Of a DNA stretch of 64,000 bases, positions 34,992 through 54,476 are shown piece after piece. The notes beneath the pieces are model-generated. The model searched no databases. It worked only from the letters and a program-made list of their open reading frames with translations, and was not told the DNA's origin. The stretch lies in NCBI GenBank assembly GCA_000165345.1, contig CM000432.1, positions 224,001 to 288,000 on the forward strand. Reading direction: 5' to 3'. How positions within the stretch are numbered: the first letter of the stretch is position 1; the number at the start of each line of letters is the position of its first letter. Position numbers and translations under genes: made by a program.

Positions 34992-35873
34992 ATGAGTAAG
35001 TTAAATGAGTTCTTTGAAAAGAAGAAACAAAAGTCGAAAGGTTTGGGTGACTTGAGTAGTACAAAGAAACCAATAATAGGAGGATTGAAAGGTGCAACAG
35101 GTGATCCAAATATATCATCAGTAATATCAGAAGGCAATATAGACGATTGGTCAATTAATACTGATGTAAAAGATACTTCAGACTTTTTAATTTCTAGTAA
35201 GAATTTATCGGTAGATGGTTTGAGAAAACCATCAAATTCTCATATGGTTGTTGCAGTAAAGACATCAAAACCTGATTTTGATTCTAATATATGGAAATCA
35301 AAGACAGGTGATTCTTCGGGAATGAATGGATTATCTTTATCAAAAAAGAATGCCGGAGAAGATGAGGATGGGAAGAATATGAATGATGAGGAGAAGGAAA
35401 AACCTAAAGAAACTTTAAAGTATAATGTAAGAGCAAGGTTAGCAGCAAGAGGACAAAAAGTTGATTTTTTGAATGCAAAGGATGCAATTAGTTCAATGCC
35501 TACGTTAGCAGCAGCAGTAGCCACTACAAACAAGCCAAGAGGTTCAAATTTGACTCCATTAAATCCTGTTGGTACATCAGGAAATGATTCAGATGCATTA
35601 GGTGTTGCAACTTCTACTAATACATTTACAGAGAAACAAGCTACTAGCACAGCTTCAGCAACAATAGTTGAACAAAAGGATAATTCATGTGAAAGTACTG
35701 ATATGAAAAATGAAGAAAAGCATTCAGAAAATGATGAGAAGAGTGATTTGGAAGTTATTAAGCAGTTGAGAAACTGTAATTTATTATATTTTAATAAGGA
35801 GGTTGTATTTAATTGTATTGTAGATATTGAACAAAGCAAATTAAAGTATTCAAATATTGTTAAAGATTTTTAA
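34992..35873 (+). CDS. Hypothetical 293-aa disordered Ser/Thr/Lys-rich protein
   Basis: The ORF has coding-like codon usage but no recognisable domain. It may have additional exons. Confidence 0.35.
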   Translation: MSKLNEFFEKKKQKSKGLGDLSSTKKPIIGGLKGATGDPNISSVISEGNIDDWSINTDVKDTSDFLISSKNLSVDGLRKPSNSHMVVAVKTSKPDFDSNIWKSKTGDSSGMNGLSLSKKNAGEDEDGKNMNDEEKEKPKETLKYNVRARLAARGQKVDFLNAKDAISSMPTLAAAVATTNKPRGSNLTPLNPVGTSGNDSDALGVATSTNTFTEKQATSTASATIVEQKDNSCESTDMKNEEKHSENDEKSDLEVIKQLRNCNLLYFNKEVVFNCIVDIEQSKLKYSNIVKDF

Positions 35874-36136
35874 ATGAAATTTAAATTAGTTTAGATTATT
35901 TTTAATTTTATTCAAACAATTATTTATCAATTAATATTTTAGTGTATTTATTCGAATTTTTTTTTTAAATTTATTTCAATGATTTATATATCCGGTACCT
36001 TTATTTAGATCTTGTATACCGGCATTTACGTGGTAATAAAAAAAAAAAAAAATATTCTTTTTTTATTATTGGAAAAAAGTAGATTTTAAAAAAAGAGAAT
36101 TAATGCAAAGAATGATATGAGTAGATTATTACAAGA

Positions 36137-37792
36137 ATGAATCTCGGATCTAAGTACGAGAATTTGGAGATCCCAGAAAATATATATTCTCTTTTTGGAA
36201 GGAAGAAGTTAAAGACTAATAAAAATAGGCAAGTGGGGACCTTTGATACAGCAATTTTTAAGAATAAAAGAATACACCCTGTTTTGCAGAAAGACCATTT
36301 TAAGGCAGGCTTACTTTTTTATAAGAAAAAATATCATGAAGTGGTAACTCCAAGTCTACTTAAGAATGTATCCTTTAATAATAAAAAAAATTCTTCAATG
36401 ATAACTTCAATCTCAAGTCACAAAGGTTTGTTAGCAATAAGTAACACAAAAGGTTCTATTGGGATTTATAACATCAGTGAAGTTCTGAAATACAGAGACC
36501 TGAACAATGGTAAAGGCCCAGAATTAAAATTCCCATTAGGATATGTATTAACAGAAAAAGAACAAAACAGGGTAAAAAGAGGTCGAAGTTTTAAGCTGGA
36601 ACCTGTCAATTACTTAAACCCTGGAGAAAATGAAAATCATAGAGGGGTGATTTCTACTATTCATTTAAGTCCTTTTGATGGACAATTATTTATAACAAGT
36701 GGTTGGGATGGAAATATTAAAATATGGGATACTTTTGATGGAACCTGTGTATTTACTTTAAAATCTCGTAGTAAAATTAACTATTCGGTCATCAATCAAA
36801 CAAATCCAAATATTGTAGGCTCAGCTCTACAGAATGGAAATGTTGGGATTCTAGACTTGAGAATTGGAGGAGAATTCTCTCAGACATTATTTTTGGACAA
36901 AAAAACTACAAATCTCAATTTAGACAGACCAGATTCACCTGTTCTAAGCATAGCTTGGAGAACAGATTCTGAACACATTTTAGCCAGTACATCCCAGAAT
37001 GGTTTTATTCGACTTTGGGATCTCAGATTTGCACAACAACCTTTTCTATATATGAATAGTAATCTAACAGATTGGGAATTTGTACAAGAAACTAATAGTA
37101 TAACCCCTTTATTGATTAGACAACAAATGATCTTGGAGGAAGGGAAAGATATCCATACCAAACAAATTAATCAAGAAAGAGAACAAAAACAAATTTGGAA
37201 ACATCAAAATATGAAAATAGAGCTAAATGAAGACGAAAAGAAATTTCTCAAAATTGGTAAGGAAAGCAATTGTGAGGAAAAAAGTACCCCTAAAGAAAGT
37301 TCTAATGACTTCTTTAATTCTTATCAAAGCCATTTTGGAATTAGTGCACCCAAAACTATTGGCTATGCTCATGAAAGTGGAGTAGGGTTTTGTCAATTCC
37401 TTAAGAATGGTAGATACCTAATCTCCTCAGCTCATGATGGAACCATTAAACTTTGGAATTCTTTAAATGGAAAGAATTGTTATATTAATTATGATAATTT
37501 TGAATCTCAAACTTTCTGGGAGGGAGACGGACTAGTTGAACCAGGAATTGATGACCAAATTCAAAAATACTTTAAAAGGTTTTCAGTAGATTCTGGAGAT
37601 CAAGATACCTTATTTCATCCAAATGGAAATGATATAGGTATTTGGAATATTAGAACAGGTAAATGCTTAAAAAGACTTTCTGCACATATTAATGCTAAAT
37701 CTGTATCTGTAATTCACTTAAGTCACTACTCTAATTTAATGTTTTCGGGAGACCAAAGTGGATTTGTACATATATGGAATACCAGCTATTAG
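36137..37792 (+). CDS. WD40-repeat protein (551 aa), family unassigned
   Basis: Canonical WD units are present: ISTIHLSPFDGQLFITSGWDGNIKIWDTFDG, SQNGFIRLWDLRFAQQP, SSAHDGTIKLWNSLNG, SGDQSGFVHIWNTS. ATCCGGTACC lies 140 bp upstream (35990-36000). Confidence 0.6.
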   Translation: MNLGSKYENLEIPENIYSLFGRKKLKTNKNRQVGTFDTAIFKNKRIHPVLQKDHFKAGLLFYKKKYHEVVTPSLLKNVSFNNKKNSSMITSISSHKGLLAISNTKGSIGIYNISEVLKYRDLNNGKGPELKFPLGYVLTEKEQNRVKRGRSFKLEPVNYLNPGENENHRGVISTIHLSPFDGQLFITSGWDGNIKIWDTFDGTCVFTLKSRSKINYSVINQTNPNIVGSALQNGNVGILDLRIGGEFSQTLFLDKKTTNLNLDRPDSPVLSIAWRTDSEHILASTSQNGFIRLWDLRFAQQPFLYMNSNLTDWEFVQETNSITPLLIRQQMILEEGKDIHTKQINQEREQKQIWKHQNMKIELNEDEKKFLKIGKESNCEEKSTPKESSNDFFNSYQSHFGISAPKTIGYAHESGVGFCQFLKNGRYLISSAHDGTIKLWNSLNGKNCYINYDNFESQTFWEGDGLVEPGIDDQIQKYFKRFSVDSGDQDTLFHPNGNDIGIWNIRTGKCLKRLSAHINAKSVSVIHLSHYSNLMFSGDQSGFVHIWNTSY

Positions 37793-37815
37793 TACTATTG
37801 TTGAGTAGTTTCTAG

Positions 37816-38718
37816 TCATATTAATCTACTTAGCTGTTGAATTGTATCATTTGGATTTATTACATTATGTCCAATAACTCTTTTATCATTATAGATTTCG
37901 TGATCATTTCCACCAGGGTATGTTTTATCCCCAAAGAAGTGGATTTCATCAAACTTATTCTCAACATGTCTTAAACAATATCTTTTGTCCCATCCCTAAA
38001 TGAAGAAGAAAGTTAAAAACAAATAAAATATCACTAAATTTGAATTCTAGAAATTTCTCGACTTACCTGTGGGAATACATCTATTGATATCTGCCCTCCA
38101 ATAGAATATTGAAGATCAAGATCTGAAAACTCTTTTGATAAATCCTGAATAAACTTTTCTCTGATTCCATTCTTTTTGTCAAGCTCAAAGAATTCTAATC
38201 TCTCATCATAGGAACAATTTCTTCCAATTGGGGAAATATTCAACATTCCTGTTCTATATTCAATAAATGTACCTCTTTTGATTGGAATATCTAGATCTGC
38301 AATGTATCTTAAACAGAAATTGACAAATCTCTTGATGTTATCTTCTCCCAAATGTTTTGAAATGCTTTCTGAACTCACTTTTACTCCTTCATCGTGAAAT
38401 ACAACTCCATTTTCACTAAATATATAGTGACTACAAGCTAGCTCTAAAGATCAATATTAAATAAATTCCATTATAGAATAAAAAAAAAGAAAAAGGAAAT
38501 AAATATACAGTAAACTTACCATTATTCTGTAATTGCTCACATATTTTACTATAATCTGACCCACTAACTACTCCTATCTTAACTTTGCTCTTCGCATTTT
38601 TAAGAGTCATTACCATGTCCTCCATTATTGGTTTTCGTGGTAAAGTGAGGGTCCCATCTAAATCAAACAAAAATAACTTTTTTGAATCCATTTGATTATT
38701 TTTTGTGTGTAAACTCAA
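37816..38718 (-). CDS. PMM: Phosphomannomutase (PMM/Sec53), 3 exons
   Basis: Exons on the minus strand are 38718..38520, 38443..38067 and 37995..37816. The introns are 38519..38444 (76 nt, GTAAGT..TTTAG) and 38066..37996 (71 nt, GTAAGT..ATTTAG). The spliced protein carries the HAD motif [11 protein letters not shown], ...SENG...[22 protein letters not shown]...[19 protein letters not shown]...[18 protein letters not shown], and is collinear with human PMM2. Confidence 0.85.
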
Positions 38719-38824
38719 TTTCTATTGAACATTTATCTTAAAAAATAATAATAATAATAAATATTAAGCTAAATTCAAGCTTATTTATTTTTGCAATTAA
38801 AAATAGTTACCATTTATTTTGATG

Positions 38825-38838
38825 CTTGGCGCCAAAAC
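38825..38838. promoter_or_regulatory. E2F-like box CTTGGCGCCAAAAC in the divergent PMM/MCM7 promoter
   Basis: It lies 215 bp upstream of the MCM7 ATG and 110 bp upstream of the PMM ATG. MCM genes are classical E2F targets (established knowledge). Confidence 0.5.
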
Positions 38839-39049
38839 ATGCCGGTATGTAGGCTATTAAGCAAAAAAAGGCCGACCCCACACTACGATTAATATTATTA
38901 AGTAATGAGGATTTGAAATTAAGATAAAGTTGGTGAAAAATTATTAAAAGAAATTGCATTCAAGAGGTAATAAAATCAAAAAAAAGCAACGCTTAGAGAT
39001 CAGTCAGAACAATTGAATTACCCTTAGAAAGCGTATTTTAAAGTCCAAG

Positions 39050-41638
39050 TTGGAAAGTACTAACATGGCAATAGGAGTGGATAATGCTCACGAAAAAGTG
39101 AGAGCATACAATGATCACATTAAAGATATTCAGAATTTTTTGGAGAATTTTGAAGAATATAATGAGAATGAAAATTCAGGAGAAGATGTAGTAATGTCAA
39201 ATGCTAGGGAAGAAACGGAAAAGGAAGGATCTATTTGGAAACATAAAAAGTATATGAAATCCTTACAGAGTATATCTAATAGGGAAAAAAATGTTTTATA
39301 TATTGAAGTTGACGATATATTGAGTTTTGGAAAATACGAAAATAAAGTAACAGAGTACAATAATTTGGTTCATTCAATTTTGTCAAATACTAAGAGATAT
39401 GTACAATTGATTTATATAGCAGCAGATAATTGTTTACCGGTACCTACTCGTACAAATATGATTGATTTTAAATTAGAAGAGATGAATAATACTAAAAGAT
39501 CTGAATCAATGAAGACATGTAATGTTCCAGCTTATTTGAGATCCAATTTTGAAGTTTACATTAAAGCAAGTAAGAGAATGCCTATTACGCCTTTAAGAGA
39601 AGTTAGAGCAGAGTATGTTGGGGGTTATGTACAGGTAAATTGTATAGTTACCCGTGTTTCTAATGTGAAGCCAAGAATACAAGTAGTTAATTATACATGT
39701 GAAGTTTGTGGTTCTTCAATTTGGCAATCTGTAGAAGGTACTAATTATATGCCTTTGTCTGATTGTGAATCAAGCCAATGCAAGAATAACAAAAGAACTG
39801 GAAATTTGAAGTGTAATATTAAAGAAAGTAAATTTACTAAGTTCCAGGAGATTCGAATCCAGGAGCCTGCTGATCAAGTACCGACAGGTAATGTACCTAG
39901 AACAATGAAAGTTATAGCAATGGGAGAGAATACAAGAAAATTACTACCTGGTATGTATGTTACTATTTCAGGAGTATTTCTTCCAGTAGTAAAGGAAGGA
40001 TTCCAAGCATTCAGATCAGGTTTAACGGCAGAAACGTATTTTGAAGTTCATAATGTTCATAGTTATATTTCTAACAAAGAGGTTTCCTTGACAGATTATG
40101 AGAAGAAGCTGGTAAAGCAGATGGAAGCTGATGAGGAAAAGAAGAATAGAGAGGAAGCCCTTAACAGTTCAGGAGGTGGAGCCTATGAAGTTCTTCATTC
40201 ACAATTTTATGATAAACTAGCAAATAGTATTGCTCCTGAAATTTTCGGAATGCTGGATGTAAAGAAAGGTCTCCTTTTGCAGTTAATTGGAGGGGTTACA
40301 AATCAAATGAATGATGGGATGAAAATTAGAGGAAATATCCACATACTACTAATGGGAGATCCTGGAGTTGCAAAGAGCCAGCTCTTGAATCAAATCACAA
40401 AAATTGCTCCAAGATCAATTTATGCTACAGGAAAAGGTAGTAGTGGAGTAGGTTTAACAGCTTCCGTAGTTAGAGATCAGAACACCTCAGAAGTAACTCT
40501 GGAGGGAGGAGCCTTAGTTCTGGCAGATAACGGGATCTGTTGTATTGATGAGTTTGATAAAATGGATGAATCCGATAGAACAGCAATTCATGAAGTTATG
40601 GAGCAGCAAACAGTTTCTATTGCAAAAGCTGGAATTACTACAACTTTGAATGCAAGATCATCAGTCTTGGCAGCAGCAAACCCTGTTTCAGGAAGATACG
40701 ATCCCAGGAAATCCCCTGTGGCCAATATGAACCTCCCAGATTCTCTTCTTTCTCGTTTTGATCTTCAATTCTTACTTTTAGATATTCCTGATAAGGAGAA
40801 GGATCTTAAACTTGCTCGTCATGTACTTTACGTACATAAGAATGAAAAGGCTCCAAGCGGTGATTTTGAGCTTGATAGATCCTTATCTTCTATTCAGAGG
40901 CCTGGAATGGGAGTAAATCAAACAAGGAGCTCAGCAAAAAAAGTAAGAAGACGAAGAAACAATGATGATAGAGAAGAAGATGCTGAGAGTGAGAATCAAG
41001 ATAAATCCAAATCTGATCAAGAACAGAGGGTTTTTTCCACAGTATTTATGAGATACTTTATTGAAAAGGCTCAAACTTATACCCCATTGGTTCCAAAAGA
41101 ACTAGTTTCTGAGATTGTTGAACATTATGTTGAGCTCAGAAGAAGGGAAAAGATTGAACAGACTAGGGAAGATTGGAGAAAGACTTATACAACTCCAAGA
41201 ACTTTGTTAGGTATTTTGAGACTCTCTCAAGCCCTAGCTAGGCTCAGATTCAGTAATATAGTAGAAAGAGCTGATTTTGAGGAGGCAACCAGATTAATGA
41301 TTGAAAGCAAGAAGAGTGTTACAAAGCCAGGAAATACGAGTGGATTTTCAAATCCTGGAGCAAAGAATAAGAAGCACGATTTTAGAGACCAAATTATTGA
41401 GATTATTAAGGATTTACATAATAGACAAGCTGAGAGAACTACAAGAGGAGGTGAAGATGACGAATCAATGACTGATGGAATGATTGAGATTTCAATTTCT
41501 GAGATTGAAACAAGAATAGCTCATAGAGGGCTGCTTAAGCAGCAACTTGAGTTAGTTATTGATGAATACATAGAATTGGGAGTATTGTCCAAAAGTAAAG
41601 ATGGACAATTTATTTCATTTATCACAGATTTTTCGTAG
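39050..41638 (+). CDS. MCM7: DNA replication licensing factor MCM7
   Basis: 862 aa. IREVRAEYVGGYVQVNCIVTRVSNVKPRIQVVNYTCEVCG...FQEIRIQEPADQVPTGNVPRTMKV matches the MCM7 N-terminal OB/Zn region. The Walker A motif GDPGVAKSQLL, the Walker B/arginine finger CCIDEFDKM...SVLAAANP and SRFDLQFLLLD are present. Confidence 0.9.
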   Translation: MESTNMAIGVDNAHEKVRAYNDHIKDIQNFLENFEEYNENENSGEDVVMSNAREETEKEGSIWKHKKYMKSLQSISNREKNVLYIEVDDILSFGKYENKVTEYNNLVHSILSNTKRYVQLIYIAADNCLPVPTRTNMIDFKLEEMNNTKRSESMKTCNVPAYLRSNFEVYIKASKRMPITPLREVRAEYVGGYVQVNCIVTRVSNVKPRIQVVNYTCEVCGSSIWQSVEGTNYMPLSDCESSQCKNNKRTGNLKCNIKESKFTKFQEIRIQEPADQVPTGNVPRTMKVIAMGENTRKLLPGMYVTISGVFLPVVKEGFQAFRSGLTAETYFEVHNVHSYISNKEVSLTDYEKKLVKQMEADEEKKNREEALNSSGGGAYEVLHSQFYDKLANSIAPEIFGMLDVKKGLLLQLIGGVTNQMNDGMKIRGNIHILLMGDPGVAKSQLLNQITKIAPRSIYATGKGSSGVGLTASVVRDQNTSEVTLEGGALVLADNGICCIDEFDKMDESDRTAIHEVMEQQTVSIAKAGITTTLNARSSVLAAANPVSGRYDPRKSPVANMNLPDSLLSRFDLQFLLLDIPDKEKDLKLARHVLYVHKNEKAPSGDFELDRSLSSIQRPGMGVNQTRSSAKKVRRRRNNDDREEDAESENQDKSKSDQEQRVFSTVFMRYFIEKAQTYTPLVPKELVSEIVEHYVELRRREKIEQTREDWRKTYTTPRTLLGILRLSQALARLRFSNIVERADFEEATRLMIESKKSVTKPGNTSGFSNPGAKNKKHDFRDQIIEIIKDLHNRQAERTTRGGEDDESMTDGMIEISISEIETRIAHRGLLKQQLELVIDEYIELGVLSKSKDGQFISFITDFS

Positions 41639-41692
41639 ATTAAAGAATAACAGAAGCTGAGATAACTAGAATAGGGAGTAAAAGTATTAGAA

Positions 41693-42892
41693 TTAGTAGA
41701 TTCGTGTATAGCATCTAAAATTATCTTGTACATTATTATTATGTTGGTTATAACTTTTATCAATTGTATCACCTAAGAATGAGTTCTTACTACTCCAAAA
41801 TCCGTATATTAAAGCTATGGACGGAATTGTCTCGGCAAAAAACGTATATAATGCAGTCCATACAGTGTTTAAAAGGATTTCTGGGTTAGAATTAACAATA
41901 CCAAATCCTCTAAGTAGGTAGTATAGACTAGAGATTAGTAATGAAATTGGGCATACTAGAGTAAGAACTTGAATCTTGAACCTGAGTTTATTAATAGAGG
42001 AACTATAGGCTTTATTATAAATAAATAATCCTGAGAGTATTGAACTATTAGAATTATTTGACGATGAAGCAGTATTAACAGTATTTGCTGTATTTGCAGA
42101 TGAATCCTGATTAAATTGTATAATAGATACCTGACCACTGTTCAACATTCCATATTGAAGGCAATTTGTACCTCTAACTTGATTAAAACCAGAATTAATA
42201 ATATTAGAGTTTGTATTCCATGTAAAATTGGCATTTTTCGAAATTAAATCTTTTTGCAAGTCCTTATGCATGGCTTGGCGCCTATTGATTTGTGTAAATA
42301 AAGATGATCCATAATGTACCCAAAAATAGGAAAATAATAAATGTAAAAGACCCATTAGAATATATAGAACATTAAAAAGTACGGGGAACTTTTGAGTAAT
42401 TAAAAGAGTAATGACTATTATTCCTCCACCAGTTAAGTATAATGCAAAATTGAGTAATGTGATGATTGTAAATTCAAAGCTTCTGGAATGTGTGAAAATT
42501 GAGCTCCATAATGCTATTACTATAGAGTAGGATGCAAGAAATACAATATTGATTAAATAATCAAACATTCTTAATATATTAAGTTTATTAATCAGTCCAT
42601 TTTCAATAAATTTGGGTAAAATATTTATTGCCAAATAAACAATAATATAAAGTAATCTGAAAATAATTCCAATAGAGAATGTACTTAGAAAATAAGGCCT
42701 AATTTTTATTCCATTGGTTTCAAATACATTTTCTGTTGTATTTGACTCTAATGCTGATAAAGATTGAAATACAGAAAGTGCACCAAGCACAAAGTAGATT
42801 AAAACCAACAAGGTATTTAAAAGCAATCCAAAAAAAGATGAGTGCCCGAATAATGAATCATCGAGTTGTGATTTGATAGGAGAGAAGTCCAT
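41693..42892 (-). CDS. Multi-pass (about 7 TM) integral membrane protein, family unknown
   Basis: 399 aa with at least 7 hydrophobic helices (e.g. LLNTLLVLIYFVLGALSVF, IIFRLLYIIVYLAINIL, IVFLASYSIVIALWSSIF, GGGIIVITLLITQKF, LYILMGLLHLLFSYFWV) and an Asn/Ser-rich loop. Confidence 0.5.
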   Translation of the reverse strand: MDFSPIKSQLDDSLFGHSSFFGLLLNTLLVLIYFVLGALSVFQSLSALESNTTENVFETNGIKIRPYFLSTFSIGIIFRLLYIIVYLAINILPKFIENGLINKLNILRMFDYLINIVFLASYSIVIALWSSIFTHSRSFEFTIITLLNFALYLTGGGIIVITLLITQKFPVLFNVLYILMGLLHLLFSYFWVHYGSSLFTQINRRQAMHKDLQKDLISKNANFTWNTNSNIINSGFNQVRGTNCLQYGMLNSGQVSIIQFNQDSSANTANTVNTASSSNNSNSSILSGLFIYNKAYSSSINKLRFKIQVLTLVCPISLLISSLYYLLRGFGIVNSNPEILLNTVWTALYTFFAETIPSIALIYGFWSSKNSFLGDTIDKSYNQHNNNVQDNFRCYTRIY

Positions 42893-43343
42893 TTTTTTGT
42901 TATAATATTAGTGGATGCATGTGCAATGAAATCTTTATTTCCTGTTCATTCCAATCTTTAGTATATTTAAAATGGCTTAATAATTGTACATAAAATTTGA
43001 AAACTCATTCGTTAAATATTAAAGAGTAATAAGATATTTCTCTTAATATATTTAAATTTGAATTGATTTATCCAATTATTTTATTTTAAATAGTTTTGTA
43101 TCATTAATTTAAAATTGTGTGTGCAAATAAATAAGTGGTTTATACAAATAATATACCCATTAATTTCATTCCATTAAATATTTTTCTTCATTCAAAAAGT
43201 GGAATAATTGGAAAATAATTACTTAATAAAAGTAATTAAATCCCTAAAATTATTGGGTTGCACAAATACTTTCAATCATTATTTCATTCCACTTAATGTT
43301 TATATTAACATGAAAATATTAGAAAATAACTCGACTAAAATAT

Positions 43344-43367
43344 GGCGCCAAAGCGCTTTGGCGCCAA
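43344..43367. promoter_or_regulatory. Perfect 24-bp palindrome TGGCGCCAAAGCGCTTTGGCGCCA (two inverted E2F-like boxes) followed by TGCATGCA at 43392-43399
   Basis: Seen directly in the divergent spacer between the membrane-protein gene (ATG 42892, minus strand) and the kinase gene (ATG 43836). The 70-aa ORF 43208..43420 covering it is probably spurious. Confidence 0.5.
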
Positions 43368-43835
43368 AACGAGCGGTATCTAAAAAAGAAAATGCATGCA
43401 ATATTAAAGAAAAAAAATAATGTATGGCAAAATTTGAGGAAACAAAAATTAAATAGAATTAATAAGTATTAAAGAAGTAATAGTTGTTTTAGATATTTAA
43501 TTATTATTTATTATTAAATCAAAATTTTTATAATTGAAGAGGAAATAAGTATAAAATATTTGACTAATAATGAATAAGATTTGAAAGAAAAGGGAAATAT
43601 AGATCAAGTTTCTAATAAATCTGGCCTTATTTATTTCAGATTTTTACATTCTTTGTTATAAAATAATTCTTAATTAGTATTACATATTACTATTGCAAAA
43701 TTAATTAATTAATAATTAATTAAAGTTATAAATATTAGTAGAAACGACTTCTGGAATATATTAAAAGTAAGGGAGTGGTTTTCTTTTTTCTTTTTTTTTT
43801 GAAATAACTAAATTATTATTGGAATATTAGAAGTT

Positions 43836-44789
43836 ATGGAACTAAGTGAAACAAAATTGGAAGATATAAATCACAATTCTGAGTTTAATAAAGATAATTA
43901 TTATAATGAAAAAAATAATTTGAATCATAATTTGGAGGTAAACAATTTAGATATTCAAGAAGTAAATAATAGAAGAAGTTCTACAAGATGTAGCATTAAA
44001 ATGAGAACATCTTTGGTAGATGACCTTCATCAATTAATGCCAAGAGTAGTAACATTAGAAAGAAATGATCAAGGTCAAATTAAATATAATTTAAAAGTTC
44101 CTGCTGGAGAATTAATAAACTCAAGTCAATTTGAATTTGTTAATTTAATTAGTTCAGGAGGATTTGGTGTTGTTAATCTTTGTAAAAGTAATAATCTGGG
44201 AAATTTACCCAATGGAAGAGAAATTGCAGTAAAATTATTTACAAGAGGAGGTAAAGAAGGTGGGAGTAATCAACTTTCAGATGAAAGACTAAAATCAATA
44301 GAATCTGAGTTAAATTATGTTCGTATGTTTAAGCATCCAAATATTATAGAATATTATGGTATTTTAAATCCATCAACTGGTCAAATAGGATTTGCAATGG
44401 AATATTTGGATGGTGGAACAGTTTTTGAAGTTTTATATTCTAAAATTAATATTATTCCTTTAGAAATTAGGAAGATGTGGTGTGTACAATTAGTTAAAGC
44501 TGTGGCTTATTTACATGAAGGATGCGCTCCTTATAGATTTATACATAGAGATATTAAAACAATTAATATGTTAATCAATAGAAAGGATCTTAGCATTCGA
44601 TTATGCGACTTTGGTAATGTTAGAGAGAGAACTTTTTCGTATTACAGACTAAATTATATGGGGACAGTAAGATATCTCCCCAGATCAGCAAAGTGGTTCA
44701 TTATTATGAAAAACAGAGTATGGCAATGGTCTGGAGATGAGATTTTGAAGTGGGATCCCTTATCAAAATTTAATGATGATAATCTTTAA
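43836..44789 (+). pseudogene. Ser/Thr protein kinase, catalytic domain truncated/frameshifted after subdomain VIII (possible pseudogene or mis-assembled gene)
   Basis: The Gly loop ISSGGFGVV, AVK, HRDIK and DFG are intact. After GTVRY the expected (S/A)PE segment is only recoverable in the +2 frame (KISPQISKVVHYYEKQSMAMVW). The reading then returns to frame 0 (VWSGDEIL...). The ORF ends without subdomains IX-XI, and no downstream exon encoding them was found. Confidence 0.45.
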
Positions 44790-45069
44790 TTAGTTGATAG
44801 AGAAGGAGTCCTCCAGAAATACCCTCATTTTTTCCACGTGTTTAAAAAAGTGTGTCAAAATGTCTACAACTGACCCTAATATGAGACCAAATAGTCAGCA
44901 TTACTAAGAGATGTTATTACACTTGACATGAAGTATTAGAAATCTAAAGCTTGGTAGGCTTGATAAGTACCCAAAAGTCTGATAAAATGTTGCTAATATT
45001 TGAACCAAGTATTTGATAATAGCACAAGTAAGCAAGTCATCTCTTTTTCGTTCCTCGCATACTTATACT

Positions 45070-45470
45070 GATACTAATACTACTGTTACTACAACAACAA
45101 CTACCACTACAACAACAACTACAACAACAACTACTACTACCACTACAGCAACTACTTCTACCACTACTACCACTGTTACCATTGCTATCACTGCTACCGC
45201 TGCTACTGCTACCACTGCTACTGCTACCACTGCTACTGCTACCATTGCTACTGCTACCATTGCTACTGCTACCATTGCTACTGCTACCATTGCTACTGCT
45301 ACCATTGCTACTGCTACCATTGCTACTGCTACCACTGCTACTGCTACCACTGCTGCCACTATCATATTTGCCTCTCGCTCTTCCCATTCTCCTCCTCATC
45401 TTCCTCCTTTTCATCCTCCTTTTCATCCTCCCCCTCCCCTCTTTTGCTCCCCTTTCCTCTCTTCCAGGAT
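45070..45470. repeat. Triplet-periodic minisatellite: (ACA/ACT/ACC)n, then 15-bp unit GCTACTGCTACCATT x about 8 with CAC variants flanking, then a CT-rich tract
   Basis: Seen directly. It would translate as poly-Thr / (ATATI)n on the plus strand, or (SSSNG)n / (VAVAM)n on the minus strand. It is preceded by an unusually GC-balanced 270 bp (44790-45060). Confidence 0.85.
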
Positions 45471-46168
45471 TGTTAATAACTAAAATCATTTCAAGCATTT
45501 TAATTTGGCTATTATTAATTATAATTGATCCAATATTTCGATATGGTATTTAACTATTTATTTTGAAAAGAAGAAAAAATATTAACTTTTCAATCTGTTG
45601 GATTCAATTTCTCATTACTTAATATATTTCTAATTATATTAATAATATTAACAATTTTAGGGTCAGAAATTTATACCATAAATTGAAATTATTTTTGCAT
45701 GTACTAATAAATTATTACGCTTATTATTTACAATGTCAAAAAAAAAAAGCGAAGTAGCGCCAAACCTGTTTTAATAGTTATTTTTTGACACGTAATAAAA
45801 AATTATTAAAACAATAATCGATTAAAATAGTATTTGACTTACAAAGTTAGGCAGCGAACAAGAAAAGCTATAATTCAGACATTTGAATATTAAAGTTTAG
45901 TTTTCTTCATATTCTCTTTCTTTTTAATAATTGTTTGGATTAATCGATCAACAATAAAAGTTGAAATGAATTGATAAAGGTTTATAAGATTTTTATTGAA
46001 TAAAGGAGGAATATTTGAATTTTATCAACTTTGAGGGAAGACAAATTTTCTTTATATATTTTGCCTTTAGATTTAAACAATTTTAAATTAATAAAGCTGA
46101 TTATTTGAATAAAGTGGAAGAAAGTTTTCTTTCTTTTATTTAATTAATTTAGTGGAATATAACTTAAA

Positions 46169-54476
<8,308 letters not shown>

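Noticed and set aside
43208-43420. 70-aa ORF spanning the 24-bp GGCGCC palindrome.
   Set aside because: It sits in a divergent promoter spacer. The ORF is created by the GC-rich regulatory boxes and lacks coding composition.
44790-45060. Possible small RNA gene (snRNA/snoRNA) in the GC-balanced stretch after the kinase.
   Set aside because: No match to the U1/U2/U4/U5/U6 conserved boxes and no convincing C/D or H/ACA box arrangement. Left as an open question inside the kinase finding.
45070-45360. Regular short repeats as a CRISPR array.
   Set aside because: The sequence is eukaryotic (spliceosomal introns, RPL24e, MCM7, eIF3g). The repeats are contiguous 15-bp and triplet units with no spacers.
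45013-45553. Four overlapping ORFs over the minisatellite (45013..45483 +, 45182..45553 +, 45037..45498 -, 45063..45365 -).
   Set aside because: They are a mutually exclusive by-product of triplet periodicity. At most one can be real, and none has a convincing start or signal, so they are reported as a repeat instead.
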